A model generated the notes under the pieces. The model ran no database searches and was not told the DNA's origin. It worked only from the letters and a program-made list of their open reading frames with translations. From Planctomycetota bacterium (GTDB lineage: Bacteria; Planctomycetota; UBA1135): DNA of 30,765 bases. Location: the NCBI GenBank assembly GCA_045047305.1, contig JASFYO010000049.1, positions 1 to 30,765 of the forward strand. Reading direction: 5' to 3'. Positions 7,439 through 16,334 of this stretch are shown here, in pieces. The translations under genes were made by a program, and so were the position numbers. Every line of letters starts with the position of its first letter. Position 1 is the stretch's first letter.

Positions 7439-9550
7439 TTACTGTACCTCAAAAGCACCTGTATCCCGTCCTGGAGCAACCGTCCTAAGGAAACCAGGAC
7501 CACGATTGTCGGTAATTTCAGTGGCAAATGGCACATTCAATCCCTTTCCAATTACCGGACTAGAAGTGGTTGGAAAGACATCTCCAAGGAGGTTCCCCAT
7601 AAAGGTGAAGGATCCAAGCAGTGGAGGATCATAATAATTGAACTGGGCAGTGGTGTATTGGGGGAGAATACTCCCACTCTGAAGTCGACCAAGATTGGAG
7701 TAATCGGTTCCCGCAAAAATGTCGTTCCATTGCCCCATAGAACCGATTGGGGGCGGTTCTGGGTAATAGGCCAGATCAGAAACACTGCCACCAGAAGAGC
7801 TAAACCCGTTCTCATTCAAGACACTATTGTCAATGCGGGAGCCAGACATGGCTGGCCACAGGGAAGTTTGGGCTAGAGAAGTACTCCCATACAAAGACAA
7901 TGCATAAGGCGTAGGGTTATCCGAAACCGTAACGTGGGACAAGTTCATGAGCAAGACATTGGACTCGTCCGTGGAGATGACAGTAATCGGGTTGGTCTCT
8001 TTGGCTAATGCTCCCGTCGACATGTACATAGGAGGTCCGATTCCTAGATTCTGTGAAACCGTAGAATTGGTCACGATAAGCCGTTGTTGGCGAGACGGCC
8101 CGGATGTAGAAAACACCATGTTAATTCCACTAGTGTGGTTGGCAGAAGCTGCGGAACGGTGCACGTGAAGTTCAATATTTGATTCCAGCATGTGGGTATA
8201 AATCCCGTGCCCTCTCACCGAATTGTCGAGATCGAGACCGTTGCGCAAGAAGGTACATAAGTCAAACTCGGCAAGCGGGAAGCCATCGGCTTCATCGTCA
8301 AAGGAGCCAGAATCCAACCAAACTCCGTGCCGGTAATTGTCATCAAAATGGCTCTCCCTCCCTTCATCGACCGTCCATGCACCTTCCTCTAAGACTTGCA
8401 AGTGAAGCCCTGATTGCCCCAATTGGCTCACAGGCAGGTAACTATTGCCGCCTGCCGCGCTTCCATTAAAGCGAAATGAAGAATTAGTGCAATCGAGAAA
8501 ACCGGCGGAGTCATTCTGCATCACCACGCCATAAAATCCTTCGCCTAAGGCATCGCGAACCGAAACACCTTCCAGATTGAAGCGGCCCTGCACACCCTGC
8601 CTAATACTGACCTCGATTCCGGCGCCTCCAATGGCTTGTTGGGTAAAGGGCGGAATGATAGGGATCGTGGAGCTGCGGCCTGAAATCTCAATATTGCGCA
8701 GGTTCACTATGAGGGTATCGTCTGCCTGTGCATCGTAGCCCTGAAACGCCATCATAGAAGTAATGGTGTCGGAGTCGGAAGGGCGCAAATCTGAGGATTC
8801 CACAGAGAATCGATAGGTATGCGCACCAGAGCCTGCCGCATCCGTAAACTCAAGGTCAATCTGAGGACGATCCGAAGGAAACGAAACTGAGGGAGAGCGC
8901 ATAAGACACCTACGCAATAGAGCTCTCGACCCTATCGACTCTGACACACGAACGCGGACAGCCTGCCTGCACTCATAAAAGGCAACTCCATCAACCAAGA
9001 AATCGGTCGTGCCTGGCTGTAATGGAACGTTGTCCTCAATTTGAATCCCAACTTCAAAGTCCCGAAGCTCAAAACCCTGGTTAGTGTCTGGAAGGGTCAA
9101 TGGAACCACCGGTAAATAGCCGGTAATCCCAGTCATATTCGAGCCTGTATTCACTTCAAGCATCTCGAAGCAGGTTCCCCCCGGAACGGGGCCGGCAGTA
9201 AATACAGCCGAAGGAGGCCTTACGGGTAAGGTGCCATTGACATCCCAATAGCGAACTCGGGTACCGTCTGGAAGTTCCATGGGGAAGGTCTCGGTCTGAT
9301 CGACAGGGAGCAGAGAATTAAAGGTGTAGGGATTAGCAGCCCCTCTACCAGCAACCCAAAAGACTAGAGGTGCGCCAGAGCCAGCGAGGCCGCTTTCCGT
9401 GGTTATGGCATAAGATAGAGACATATATGGGGTGGTGATGGAACCATCGCCACCCGGTGCTGCTGTGGAATCTACATAAAAAGTTTGCGAGGAAAGGTGA
9501 TTGCTAAGCGAAAAAATCGCTAAGAAGGAAAGTAGGAAAGTTTTACACAT
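7439..9550 (-). CDS. secreted right-handed beta-helix (pectin-lyase-like fold) protein, DUF1565-like N-terminus, choice-of-anchor-Q-like C-terminus
   Basis: Signal peptide; FYVDSTAAPGGDGSITTPY and ETFP; parallel beta-helix-type repeats (NSSFRFNG, CTFLRNG, NSTVSQN, HVTVSDN); ends SSPVIGKG..TDNRG...DTGAFEVQ. Confidence 0.8.
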   Translation of the reverse strand: MCKTFLLSFLAIFSLSNHLSSQTFYVDSTAAPGGDGSITTPYMSLSYAITTESGLAGSGAPLVFWVAGRGAANPYTFNSLLPVDQTETFPMELPDGTRVRYWDVNGTLPVRPPSAVFTAGPVPGGTCFEMLEVNTGSNMTGITGYLPVVPLTLPDTNQGFELRDFEVGIQIEDNVPLQPGTTDFLVDGVAFYECRQAVRVRVSESIGSRALLRRCLMRSPSVSFPSDRPQIDLEFTDAAGSGAHTYRFSVESSDLRPSDSDTITSMMAFQGYDAQADDTLIVNLRNIEISGRSSTIPIIPPFTQQAIGGAGIEVSIRQGVQGRFNLEGVSVRDALGEGFYGVVMQNDSAGFLDCTNSSFRFNGSAAGGNSYLPVSQLGQSGLHLQVLEEGAWTVDEGRESHFDDNYRHGVWLDSGSFDDEADGFPLAEFDLCTFLRNGLDLDNSVRGHGIYTHMLESNIELHVHRSAASANHTSGINMVFSTSGPSRQQRLIVTNSTVSQNLGIGPPMYMSTGALAKETNPITVISTDESNVLLMNLSHVTVSDNPTPYALSLYGSTSLAQTSLWPAMSGSRIDNSVLNENGFSSSGGSVSDLAYYPEPPPIGSMGQWNDIFAGTDYSNLGRLQSGSILPQYTTAQFNYYDPPLLGSFTFMGNLLGDVFPTTSSPVIGKGLNVPFATEITDNRGPGFLRTVAPGRDTGAFEVQ

Positions 9551-9598
9551 TGTGGGAGTGTGGTTTCAAAGAAAAGAATGAGGGATAGGAGCTACCCG

Positions 9599-9628
9599 AC
9601 TCTAGCACCATCCAGAGATTGGTTTCAA
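9599..9628 (-). promoter_or_regulatory. putative sigma70-type promoter for the beta-helix gene
   Basis: Minus strand TTGAAA-18 nt-TAGAGT with TGn before the -10 and an AT-rich tract upstream of the -35. Confidence 0.5.
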
Positions 9629-9653
9629 AAAAAATATGTCCGAATGTGGAAAC

Positions 9654-10517
9654 CTACTTCGGAGCCACCGCAAGGCGGTTTAACTCCACCACCCCAGTGC
9701 CTAACTGAGAATCAAAGCCAGGGCCGCCCATGAGGGAGCCTTCTTCATCGATGAGTAAATAGACGAAGGTGAGCACGGAGCCGTCGTCGGCGAGGACCAC
9801 GACATCGTCGATGCGGCCGATAGCGCTATCCGAGTAACTGAATGTTCCAGAACCAGAAGAATAGGCGTGGATTAATTCATCATTATCCGGGCGACGAATC
9901 TCGCCGCTCAAGACCATGCCGGCAGCATCTAAGTTAGCAGTAAAGCTCCTGCGCTTGGCCATCTCATTGGCACCGAATCCATCCCAAAGTCCTTCCAACA
10001 GGGTAGCTGGAAAGTGGCCGTCGCCGATGCTATGCACCAAAGTAAAACTGCCTTCAATCAAAGCACCATCAATCGCGAGGTGGCTGAAGGTGCCGGTAAG
10101 GGTCGCCATGGCATCGTCCATTTGCGCATCTAAAACCAAGTTGTTGGTGAAGATGTTCGACTCCATGATGGTCTGCATAACACCGGTCTCAGAGAAATCG
10201 AGACTACGCACCGAATCCGCCCCCTTCCACTCGTTGCCCAAACTGTCCGCTGCTTCGTCTACGGCACCAGCGGCAATCCGAAGGTAGAAGTTACGTTCTG
10301 GACGTGCCAGGTTGTCTGGGATCAACTGCCCCACCCAGTCTCCATCCAAGTTGGAAAGATCGAATGTGATGGTCGTGCCACCACCGGTTCCGCCTGTACC
10401 AGGGCCGGCTGTAGCGGAAAGGAGGTCTGGCCCTGGGTGGGCACAGGCCGCTAAAGAGAACATAGACAGCAGGAAAAGACTGCGTCCGATGGTGGGGATT
10501 CGTGAAGAAAGGTACAT
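9654..10517 (-). CDS. lipoprotein of unknown function with two tandem beta-rich repeats
   Basis: Start reassigned to ATG 10517; hydrophobic stretch then lipobox LAAC; Gly/Thr linker; repeats begin LDGDWVG and LEGLWDG. Confidence 0.8.
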   Translation of the reverse strand: MYLSSRIPTIGRSLFLLSMFSLAACAHPGPDLLSATAGPGTGGTGGGTTITFDLSNLDGDWVGQLIPDNLARPERNFYLRIAAGAVDEAADSLGNEWKGADSVRSLDFSETGVMQTIMESNIFTNNLVLDAQMDDAMATLTGTFSHLAIDGALIEGSFTLVHSIGDGHFPATLLEGLWDGFGANEMAKRRSFTANLDAAGMVLSGEIRRPDNDELIHAYSSGSGTFSYSDSAIGRIDDVVVLADDGSVLTFVYLLIDEEGSLMGGPGFDSQLGTGVVELNRLAVAPK

Positions 10518-10815
10518 GGTTCGGGACGAGAGGGTCCGAATTTGCGTGAAAGGCGGTGAAATCGCTCTCCCGAATAAGGGGGAGGCTAGATTCGACTTCA
10601 GTGGAATCTTATTGCCTAAGTCCCTCACTAACCGAGATTTCCTGGGAAAGCCCAAATTTCCTCCATAGGAGTATGCATTTTCCCACTTTCGCCTGCCTTC
10701 AGAGGATATCCTAATAAATCTGGTTAACCAAGTTTCTGGAACCCACTAGCTGTATCTCCGTCCCATTCCTACCGGTGCTCCCCTTGCGCCTGGGACTTCC
10801 CTACTCCTCCTACCC

Positions 10816-13728
10816 ATGAAAACAAGGACCCTAATTTCTTTCGCGGTTGCTGCATGCCTTGGCCTGTCCGCCACGGCCTCCTCTCAAAACGAACAACCGA
10901 TTCAGGATCCCGTCGGCACGGCGCTTGATTCCTGGCAGATGGATCACGGCGCCAATTGGCGCTTACGACTCCACGATGACCTCACCACAGGTCGCCACTT
11001 GTGGGGCTACCACACAGAAGCTCGCTTCACTCCATCGCTCGACTCTGATTATGAGGAGCTTGCGCGCATGGCTTACGATGAGGCCTATGGCATGTTCGCG
11101 GTTGCCGATGGCACCCTAACTCTGGAGCAGGTCAAGCATTTGGCTTTGCAGCAGATTGGCACCACCGACAAGGTTGCCGTGGAGTTTCGCCAGTACGTGA
11201 AAGGCATTGAAGTACTCGAGGCATCGGCCCACGCCATCTTCGATACCAAAGGTTCCTTGCTCTCCTTAGACAGCCGCGCCATCCCTGGTGTGGAATCGAT
11301 TTCCGTGCGCCCTGTCGCCGACCGTTTCGCCGCAGTCAGCGCTGCCATCGCCTACTACGCGGAGCTTGAAGGTGGCCGTGAAGCCAGCTTCGTTGGCATT
11401 CCAGAGTTGGTGATTATCAAAAGTCACCCAGGAAAATTTATGGAGCCGCGCCTTGCTTGGTCGATTGAGTTACGCAACCAAGAGACTCCTGAAAACCCTG
11501 CAGGTCGAACCATTTTCATTGCTGCAGACAATGCTTCCATGGAAATGCTCGAGGAGCGCAATCTGATCCACAACCAACAAGCCACTGGAACCGTAAACAG
11601 TTACGCCACTCCAGGCACTGCAGCTCACAGTGGATCCAACCCTCCGACTTTGCAGACCATGCCGTTCATGACCTTGACCAGCCCGGTGGGCAACACGCAA
11701 ACCGATGGGAACGGCAATTTTGTCCTGAATACGCCAAACAACAACCCGGTCAACATCACTGCGACCTACAACGGCCCATTCTGTCGTGTGTTCAACCAAG
11801 CTGGTGGCGACCACAGTACCACGGCTAGCTTTACTCCAGGCATCGCAGGTAGCATGGACATGAACACTGCGCAAACGGAGTTCATCACTTCGGAAGCCAG
11901 CTGTTACGACTCGGTTATGGACCTTCGTGCTTGGCTCAAAAACATCGATCCAAGCGACAACACTGCTGACTTCCAGGTGCGCACCAACGCAAACTTGAAT
12001 TCGACTTGCAATGCCTACTTTGATGGTTTCTCCATCAACATGTTCCGCGCAGGCAGCGGCTGCAACAATACTGGCTTCAGCACTGTGGTTACCCACGAAG
12101 AAGGCCACTGGCTTAATTCCCTTTACGGCAGCGGCAACGGTGCCGATGGTTTCGGTGAAGGAAATTCCGATGTCTTTGCCATGTACATTTACGACACTCC
12201 AGTGGTCGGTCAAGACTTCTTCACCAATGGCGGCGTCATTCGTCGCGGCACCAACAACCGCCAATTCTGCGGTGATACCAATGGAGGCTGTTACGGCGAA
12301 GTCCACGCAGACGGAGAAGTACTCATGGGTGCCTTGTGGAAGGTTCGCGCGAACCTCAACAACACACTAGGCAACGCTTCCGGTGACCTCACCGCCGACA
12401 CGCTTTTCGTGGCATGGATGAACGCCTACAACGATGGCCAGATTCGCACCTTCATTGAAGAACACTGGTTGGTTCTAGACGATAACGATGGCAACATTTT
12501 TAACGGCACCCCGAACTTCGCAGACATTGATGGTGGTTTCCGCCAGCAAGGCTTTGATGGTGTCGATCTTCAGTTCATTCAAATCACTCACGCCCCACTC
12601 GGCAACAGCCTCTCCGAAGCTGGCCCATACGTAGTGGATGCAGACATCACCAGCTTGATTGGAAACATCATCACTTCTGCAGATGTGGTTTACTCCGTCG
12701 ACGGTGGCCCAAGCATTACCCTTGCGATGACCAACAGCGGCAGCTCCTACAGTGCCGGCATTCCTGGACAGGTTTCTCCTGCTCGCGTGAGCTACCACAT
12801 TGAAACCGGTGACAGCGGCGGCAACACGGAGAACTTCCCACGCAACGGCAGCGAACTCATGTTCGTAGTTGGTGTTGAAAACCAGATTTACTTCAACGAC
12901 TTCGAAGGTGCTACCGACGAAGGCTGGACCCATGCTCAAATCGCAACTCAGGATGACTGGATGCGTGGCATTCCTGCAGGCAAAGTAGATGATCCGAGTT
13001 CTGCCTACGCTGGCAACAACTGTTGGGGCAACGACCTTGGCCCAAGTGGCTTCAATGGCTCCTATGCTGCCAACGTCAACAACTACCTAGAGTCTCCGGC
13101 AATCGACTGTAGTGGAGAAACTGGCGTCACTCTGCGTTTTGCTCGCTGGCTCAATGTTGAGGAAAGTCGCTATGACTTTGCTCGGATTACTGTGAACGGA
13201 GTTCAGGTTTACGTAAACCCATTCGCTGGACATGCACTGGAAAGTTCTTGGAGCATTCAGGAGATTGATATTTCCGCGATTGCCGACAACAACCCTTCGG
13301 TGAAAGTTCGATTCTCCATGCAATCCGATGCAGGATTAGAGTTTGGCGGTTGGAACATCGATAACTTTGAACTCATGACGCTGGAACCTGTTCCCGGTGG
13401 CAGCAATACCATTAACCTCAGTGGCGACACCACGGCCCTTCCTGGCGCCACGGTGAATTACACCATGAGTGGCATGCAAGCTGGAGCAACCTGGGCCTTC
13501 TTGGCCAGTGGTTCGAATGCTGGCACGGTCATCTTGGGTCACACCTTTGAGGTCGGTCCAGGCTACAACATCATGGACACCGGAGTCGCTGATGGCTCGG
13601 GTAACGCATCCACTAGCTTCACCATTCCATCGAACTTGCCAGCTGGTGCTGTTGGTTACATGGAAGTTGGTTCGCAAAGTGGACTTGGAGTGGAAGACTC
13701 CAACTTGCTGACCTTTACCGTTCAGTAA
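10816..13728 (+). CDS. secreted gluzincin metallopeptidase (M36 fungalysin / M4-like) with propeptide, accessory beta domains and conserved C-terminal domain
   Basis: Signal peptide; FTP/PepSY-like pro-region (FRQYVKGIEV, PRLAWSIE); CNAYFDG; zinc motif HEEGH; third ligand in GEGNSD; EVHADGE..GALW. Confidence 0.88.
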   Translation: MKTRTLISFAVAACLGLSATASSQNEQPIQDPVGTALDSWQMDHGANWRLRLHDDLTTGRHLWGYHTEARFTPSLDSDYEELARMAYDEAYGMFAVADGTLTLEQVKHLALQQIGTTDKVAVEFRQYVKGIEVLEASAHAIFDTKGSLLSLDSRAIPGVESISVRPVADRFAAVSAAIAYYAELEGGREASFVGIPELVIIKSHPGKFMEPRLAWSIELRNQETPENPAGRTIFIAADNASMEMLEERNLIHNQQATGTVNSYATPGTAAHSGSNPPTLQTMPFMTLTSPVGNTQTDGNGNFVLNTPNNNPVNITATYNGPFCRVFNQAGGDHSTTASFTPGIAGSMDMNTAQTEFITSEASCYDSVMDLRAWLKNIDPSDNTADFQVRTNANLNSTCNAYFDGFSINMFRAGSGCNNTGFSTVVTHEEGHWLNSLYGSGNGADGFGEGNSDVFAMYIYDTPVVGQDFFTNGGVIRRGTNNRQFCGDTNGGCYGEVHADGEVLMGALWKVRANLNNTLGNASGDLTADTLFVAWMNAYNDGQIRTFIEEHWLVLDDNDGNIFNGTPNFADIDGGFRQQGFDGVDLQFIQITHAPLGNSLSEAGPYVVDADITSLIGNIITSADVVYSVDGGPSITLAMTNSGSSYSAGIPGQVSPARVSYHIETGDSGGNTENFPRNGSELMFVVGVENQIYFNDFEGATDEGWTHAQIATQDDWMRGIPAGKVDDPSSAYAGNNCWGNDLGPSGFNGSYAANVNNYLESPAIDCSGETGVTLRFARWLNVEESRYDFARITVNGVQVYVNPFAGHALESSWSIQEIDISAIADNNPSVKVRFSMQSDAGLEFGGWNIDNFELMTLEPVPGGSNTINLSGDTTALPGATVNYTMSGMQAGATWAFLASGSNAGTVILGHTFEVGPGYNIMDTGVADGSGNASTSFTIPSNLPAGAVGYMEVGSQSGLGVEDSNLLTFTVQ
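12862..13389 (+). repeat. copy 1 of a 528-nt (176 aa) module shared by the two peptidases
   Basis: Gap-free alignment to 15473-16000, FVVGV.N.IYFNDFEG ... SDAGLEFGGWN.D.FEL.TLEP; about 131/176 residues identical by hand count. Confidence 0.95.
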
Positions 13729-13739
13729 ACGCAAACTGC

Positions 13740-13774
13740 AAGGGAACGGCCTGATTGGGCCGTTCCCTTTCCTT
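13740..13774 (+). terminator. hairpin (terminator or mRNA stabiliser) between the M36-like and M28 genes
   Basis: AAGGGAACGGCC-TGATTG-GGCCGTTCCCTT, perfect 12-bp stem 11 nt after the stop, followed by TCCTT. Confidence 0.75.
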
Positions 13775-13822
13775 GCCCCCACAGATCTTTAGCCACCAGG
13801 CACCTTTCCTTACTGACCTCCC

Positions 13823-16327
13823 ATGCTCCTTAGCCTGCTTCTAGCAACCCAACTGCAGCAACCCTTGCCGCCCGAAGCGCCAGCTGTGATCGCCCCTTCG
13901 GTGGCACCTGGAATGATGGCCTCGGAACCGCGCTATGCGGTTTATGCATTTGGCAAGGATCTGGATTTACGCGATGCCTTAATTCGCCACGGCATGATGT
14001 TCGATGACCTCGGAGGCTACATCCTAGGCACCAAAGATGCTGCACTCGCGGCACGCTTGGATGTCGACATGATTGGCTTGCCGGCACTTGCCGATGGCGA
14101 ATCCGTGTTCACCATCATCGAGCATCATGGGGAAGATGCGCACGGCGTCGGCGAATCCGGACGCCTATTGTGGACCTCGGCGGATCAGCGCATCATGCTG
14201 CGCGCCTTGAATAAATCGCAAGCTGCTGCTGCGGCAAATAGCAACTTTCGCTGTCACGGCGCAGTACGCAAGATGAGTTTGCAGGGCATACAACCAACAT
14301 CTTTGCAGAGAGGACGCTTGGGTGCCATCACTCCAAACCCACAGATTGCTGGATGGGTTGCGCAGGTTTCACAAAGCAATTTGCACAACGATGTCGCGAC
14401 CATGGAAGCATTTGGTACGCGTCGTCACTTTGAAAACGGAGAAGTGAACGCGGAAAACTGGTTGGTTGCCCAATTCCAAGGCATAGGCCTTAGCACCACG
14501 ACCTTCGACTATGACTCTGGCGCCGACGTTGTGATTGCGGAACTGCCTGGGCAAACCGATCCCAGCAAAATCGTTGTCATTGGTGCGCACTACGATTCGG
14601 TGAACTGGCAAGGCAGTGCCAGCTCGCCTGCTCCAGGCGCGGACGATGATGCCTCTGGAACCGCGGGCATTTTAGAAATCGCTCGGGTGCTGGCTGGGCA
14701 ATCTTTCGATTACACCATTCGCTTTTGCGCCTTCTCCGGTGAAGAGTTTGGCTTACTTGGCTCCGAAGCTTATGCCGCATCGCTCGACGCCGCCGGCGCC
14801 AATGTCATTGGCATGGTGCAGCTAGATATGACTGCCTACCGCGCACCAGGCGATAGCTTGAGCGTGGATTTTGTCACCAACGACACCGACACCGGGCTGA
14901 ACAATTTTGCGATGGACGTTTACACCGCCTACGTTCCTGGATTGGCCGTCAACATTGCCTTCTTGTCGGGCGGTACCAGCGATCACAAATCGTTTTTCAA
15001 CCACGGATTCCCCGCGACCTTCCCGTTTGAGGATTTAGGCGCCTACAGCCCCTTCATTCACACTCCGAACGACACCAGCGGAACCTCGGCCAATGATTTC
15101 AACTTAGCGCGCATGATCACAGAAGGTGCGCTTGCGACGGTTGCAGAACTGGCACGTCCGCTGGCGATGACCATGAATCATGTTGCGTTAGGTGATACAC
15201 AAAATGAAGCCGGCCCTTACACCGCGGTGGTCGACGTTGTTTCGCAAACGGCCGCCACCATCAGTGGAGTGGACTTGTTCTGGCGCGCTGAAGGTGCAGC
15301 CAACTTCACCACCGTAGCGATGACTCCAAGCGGCACTACCAACCAGTGGTCCGGCGACATTCCAGGCCAGCAGAGTCCAATCCGATTGGAGTACTACATG
15401 GTGGCATTCGATTCCAACGCAGGCACGCGCTTCCTTCCCGATGGTTTACAGGCTGGCGAAAATCTTTACCGCTTCGTAGTTGGTGTTTACAACCGAATTT
15501 ACTTCAACGATTTTGAGGGCACCACCGACGCGGGATGGTTTCACCAACAAATTGCAACGCAAGACGATTGGCAGCGCGGCATGCCAGCCGGCAAGGTGGA
15601 AGATCCAGGCAGTGCATTCTCCGGCAATCAATGCTGGGGCAATGACCTCGGCCCAAGTGGCTTCAATGGCTCTTATGCCAGCAATGTGGACAACTACCTG
15701 GAGTCCCCAAGTATCGATTGCAGCGGTCAAACCGGAGTCAAACTGCGCTTTGCACGCTGGCTCACGGTGGAAGAAGGCCAGTATGACCAGGCGAAGATCC
15801 GGGTCAATGGGCAGGTGGTGTGGGAAAACCCATCTAGCGGGAACATCATCGACAACACTTGGAGCATCCAAGATATCGATATTTCCGCTATCGCAGACAA
15901 CAACGCAGCGGTCAACGTCCGCTTCAGTCTCGAATCCGATGCAGGACTTGAGTTTGGTGGATGGAACCTCGACGACTTCGAGCTCTACACTTTGGAGCCC
16001 GCAGGCGGAGGCCATATGACTTTATCCGGCACCACCATGGTGAATGCAGGCGGTTCTGCGACATTCGATCTAGATGACGCAGCGCCAAGCCAAACTTGGT
16101 ACCTGATTTACAGCTTCTCCAACGCAGGCAGCACCATCTTTGGCACTCCGTTTGAAGTTGGCCTTCCTTGGGCGTTGCTCTACACCGGCACCACCGATAC
16201 CCAGGGCGAGGCATCCTATTCCTTGAGTGTCCCTGCAAACGGCAGCGGCCTCACGGTTTACTTTGAAGCCGCAACCAATGCGGGTTCGATTGAAAACTCC
16301 AATTTGCACACCCTGGTCGTCAACTAA
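13823..16327 (+). CDS. secreted M28-family aminopeptidase with accessory beta domains and conserved C-terminal domain
   Basis: M28 motifs VIGAHYDS, PGADDDASG, FSGEEFGLLGS, QLDM, SDH, IHTPND; C-terminal half homologous to the upstream peptidase. Confidence 0.92.
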   Translation: MLLSLLLATQLQQPLPPEAPAVIAPSVAPGMMASEPRYAVYAFGKDLDLRDALIRHGMMFDDLGGYILGTKDAALAARLDVDMIGLPALADGESVFTIIEHHGEDAHGVGESGRLLWTSADQRIMLRALNKSQAAAAANSNFRCHGAVRKMSLQGIQPTSLQRGRLGAITPNPQIAGWVAQVSQSNLHNDVATMEAFGTRRHFENGEVNAENWLVAQFQGIGLSTTTFDYDSGADVVIAELPGQTDPSKIVVIGAHYDSVNWQGSASSPAPGADDDASGTAGILEIARVLAGQSFDYTIRFCAFSGEEFGLLGSEAYAASLDAAGANVIGMVQLDMTAYRAPGDSLSVDFVTNDTDTGLNNFAMDVYTAYVPGLAVNIAFLSGGTSDHKSFFNHGFPATFPFEDLGAYSPFIHTPNDTSGTSANDFNLARMITEGALATVAELARPLAMTMNHVALGDTQNEAGPYTAVVDVVSQTAATISGVDLFWRAEGAANFTTVAMTPSGTTNQWSGDIPGQQSPIRLEYYMVAFDSNAGTRFLPDGLQAGENLYRFVVGVYNRIYFNDFEGTTDAGWFHQQIATQDDWQRGMPAGKVEDPGSAFSGNQCWGNDLGPSGFNGSYASNVDNYLESPSIDCSGQTGVKLRFARWLTVEEGQYDQAKIRVNGQVVWENPSSGNIIDNTWSIQDIDISAIADNNAAVNVRFSLESDAGLEFGGWNLDDFELYTLEPAGGGHMTLSGTTMVNAGGSATFDLDDAAPSQTWYLIYSFSNAGSTIFGTPFEVGLPWALLYTGTTDTQGEASYSLSVPANGSGLTVYFEAATNAGSIENSNLHTLVVN
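15473..16000 (+). repeat. copy 2 of the 528-nt shared module
   Basis: Aligns to 12862-13389; includes the identical DNA run GGCCCAAGTGGCTTCAATGGCTC. Confidence 0.95.
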
Positions 16328-16334
16328 TCTCAGC

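Noticed and set aside
9627..9634. A8 homopolymer as a promoter phase switch
   Set aside because: It lies at and upstream of the -35 rather than in the spacer, so length change would not alter spacing.
10518..10655. Longer N-termini given by the ORF track (10655, also 2839, 16227, 19579, 25076, 26421, 28807)
   Set aside because: The extensions overlap neighbouring genes or bury signal peptides and family N-termini; downstream ATGs fit better.
11470..12306. 278-aa antisense ORF and similar shadow ORFs (e.g. 21808-22116, 24919-25554, 15446-16015)
   Set aside because: They lie opposite well-supported genes and have no recognisable motifs; expected from codon bias.
12862..16000. Diversity-generating retroelement template/variable repeat pair
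   Set aside because: Both copies are in-frame coding, differences are not adenine-specific, and no reverse transcriptase is present.
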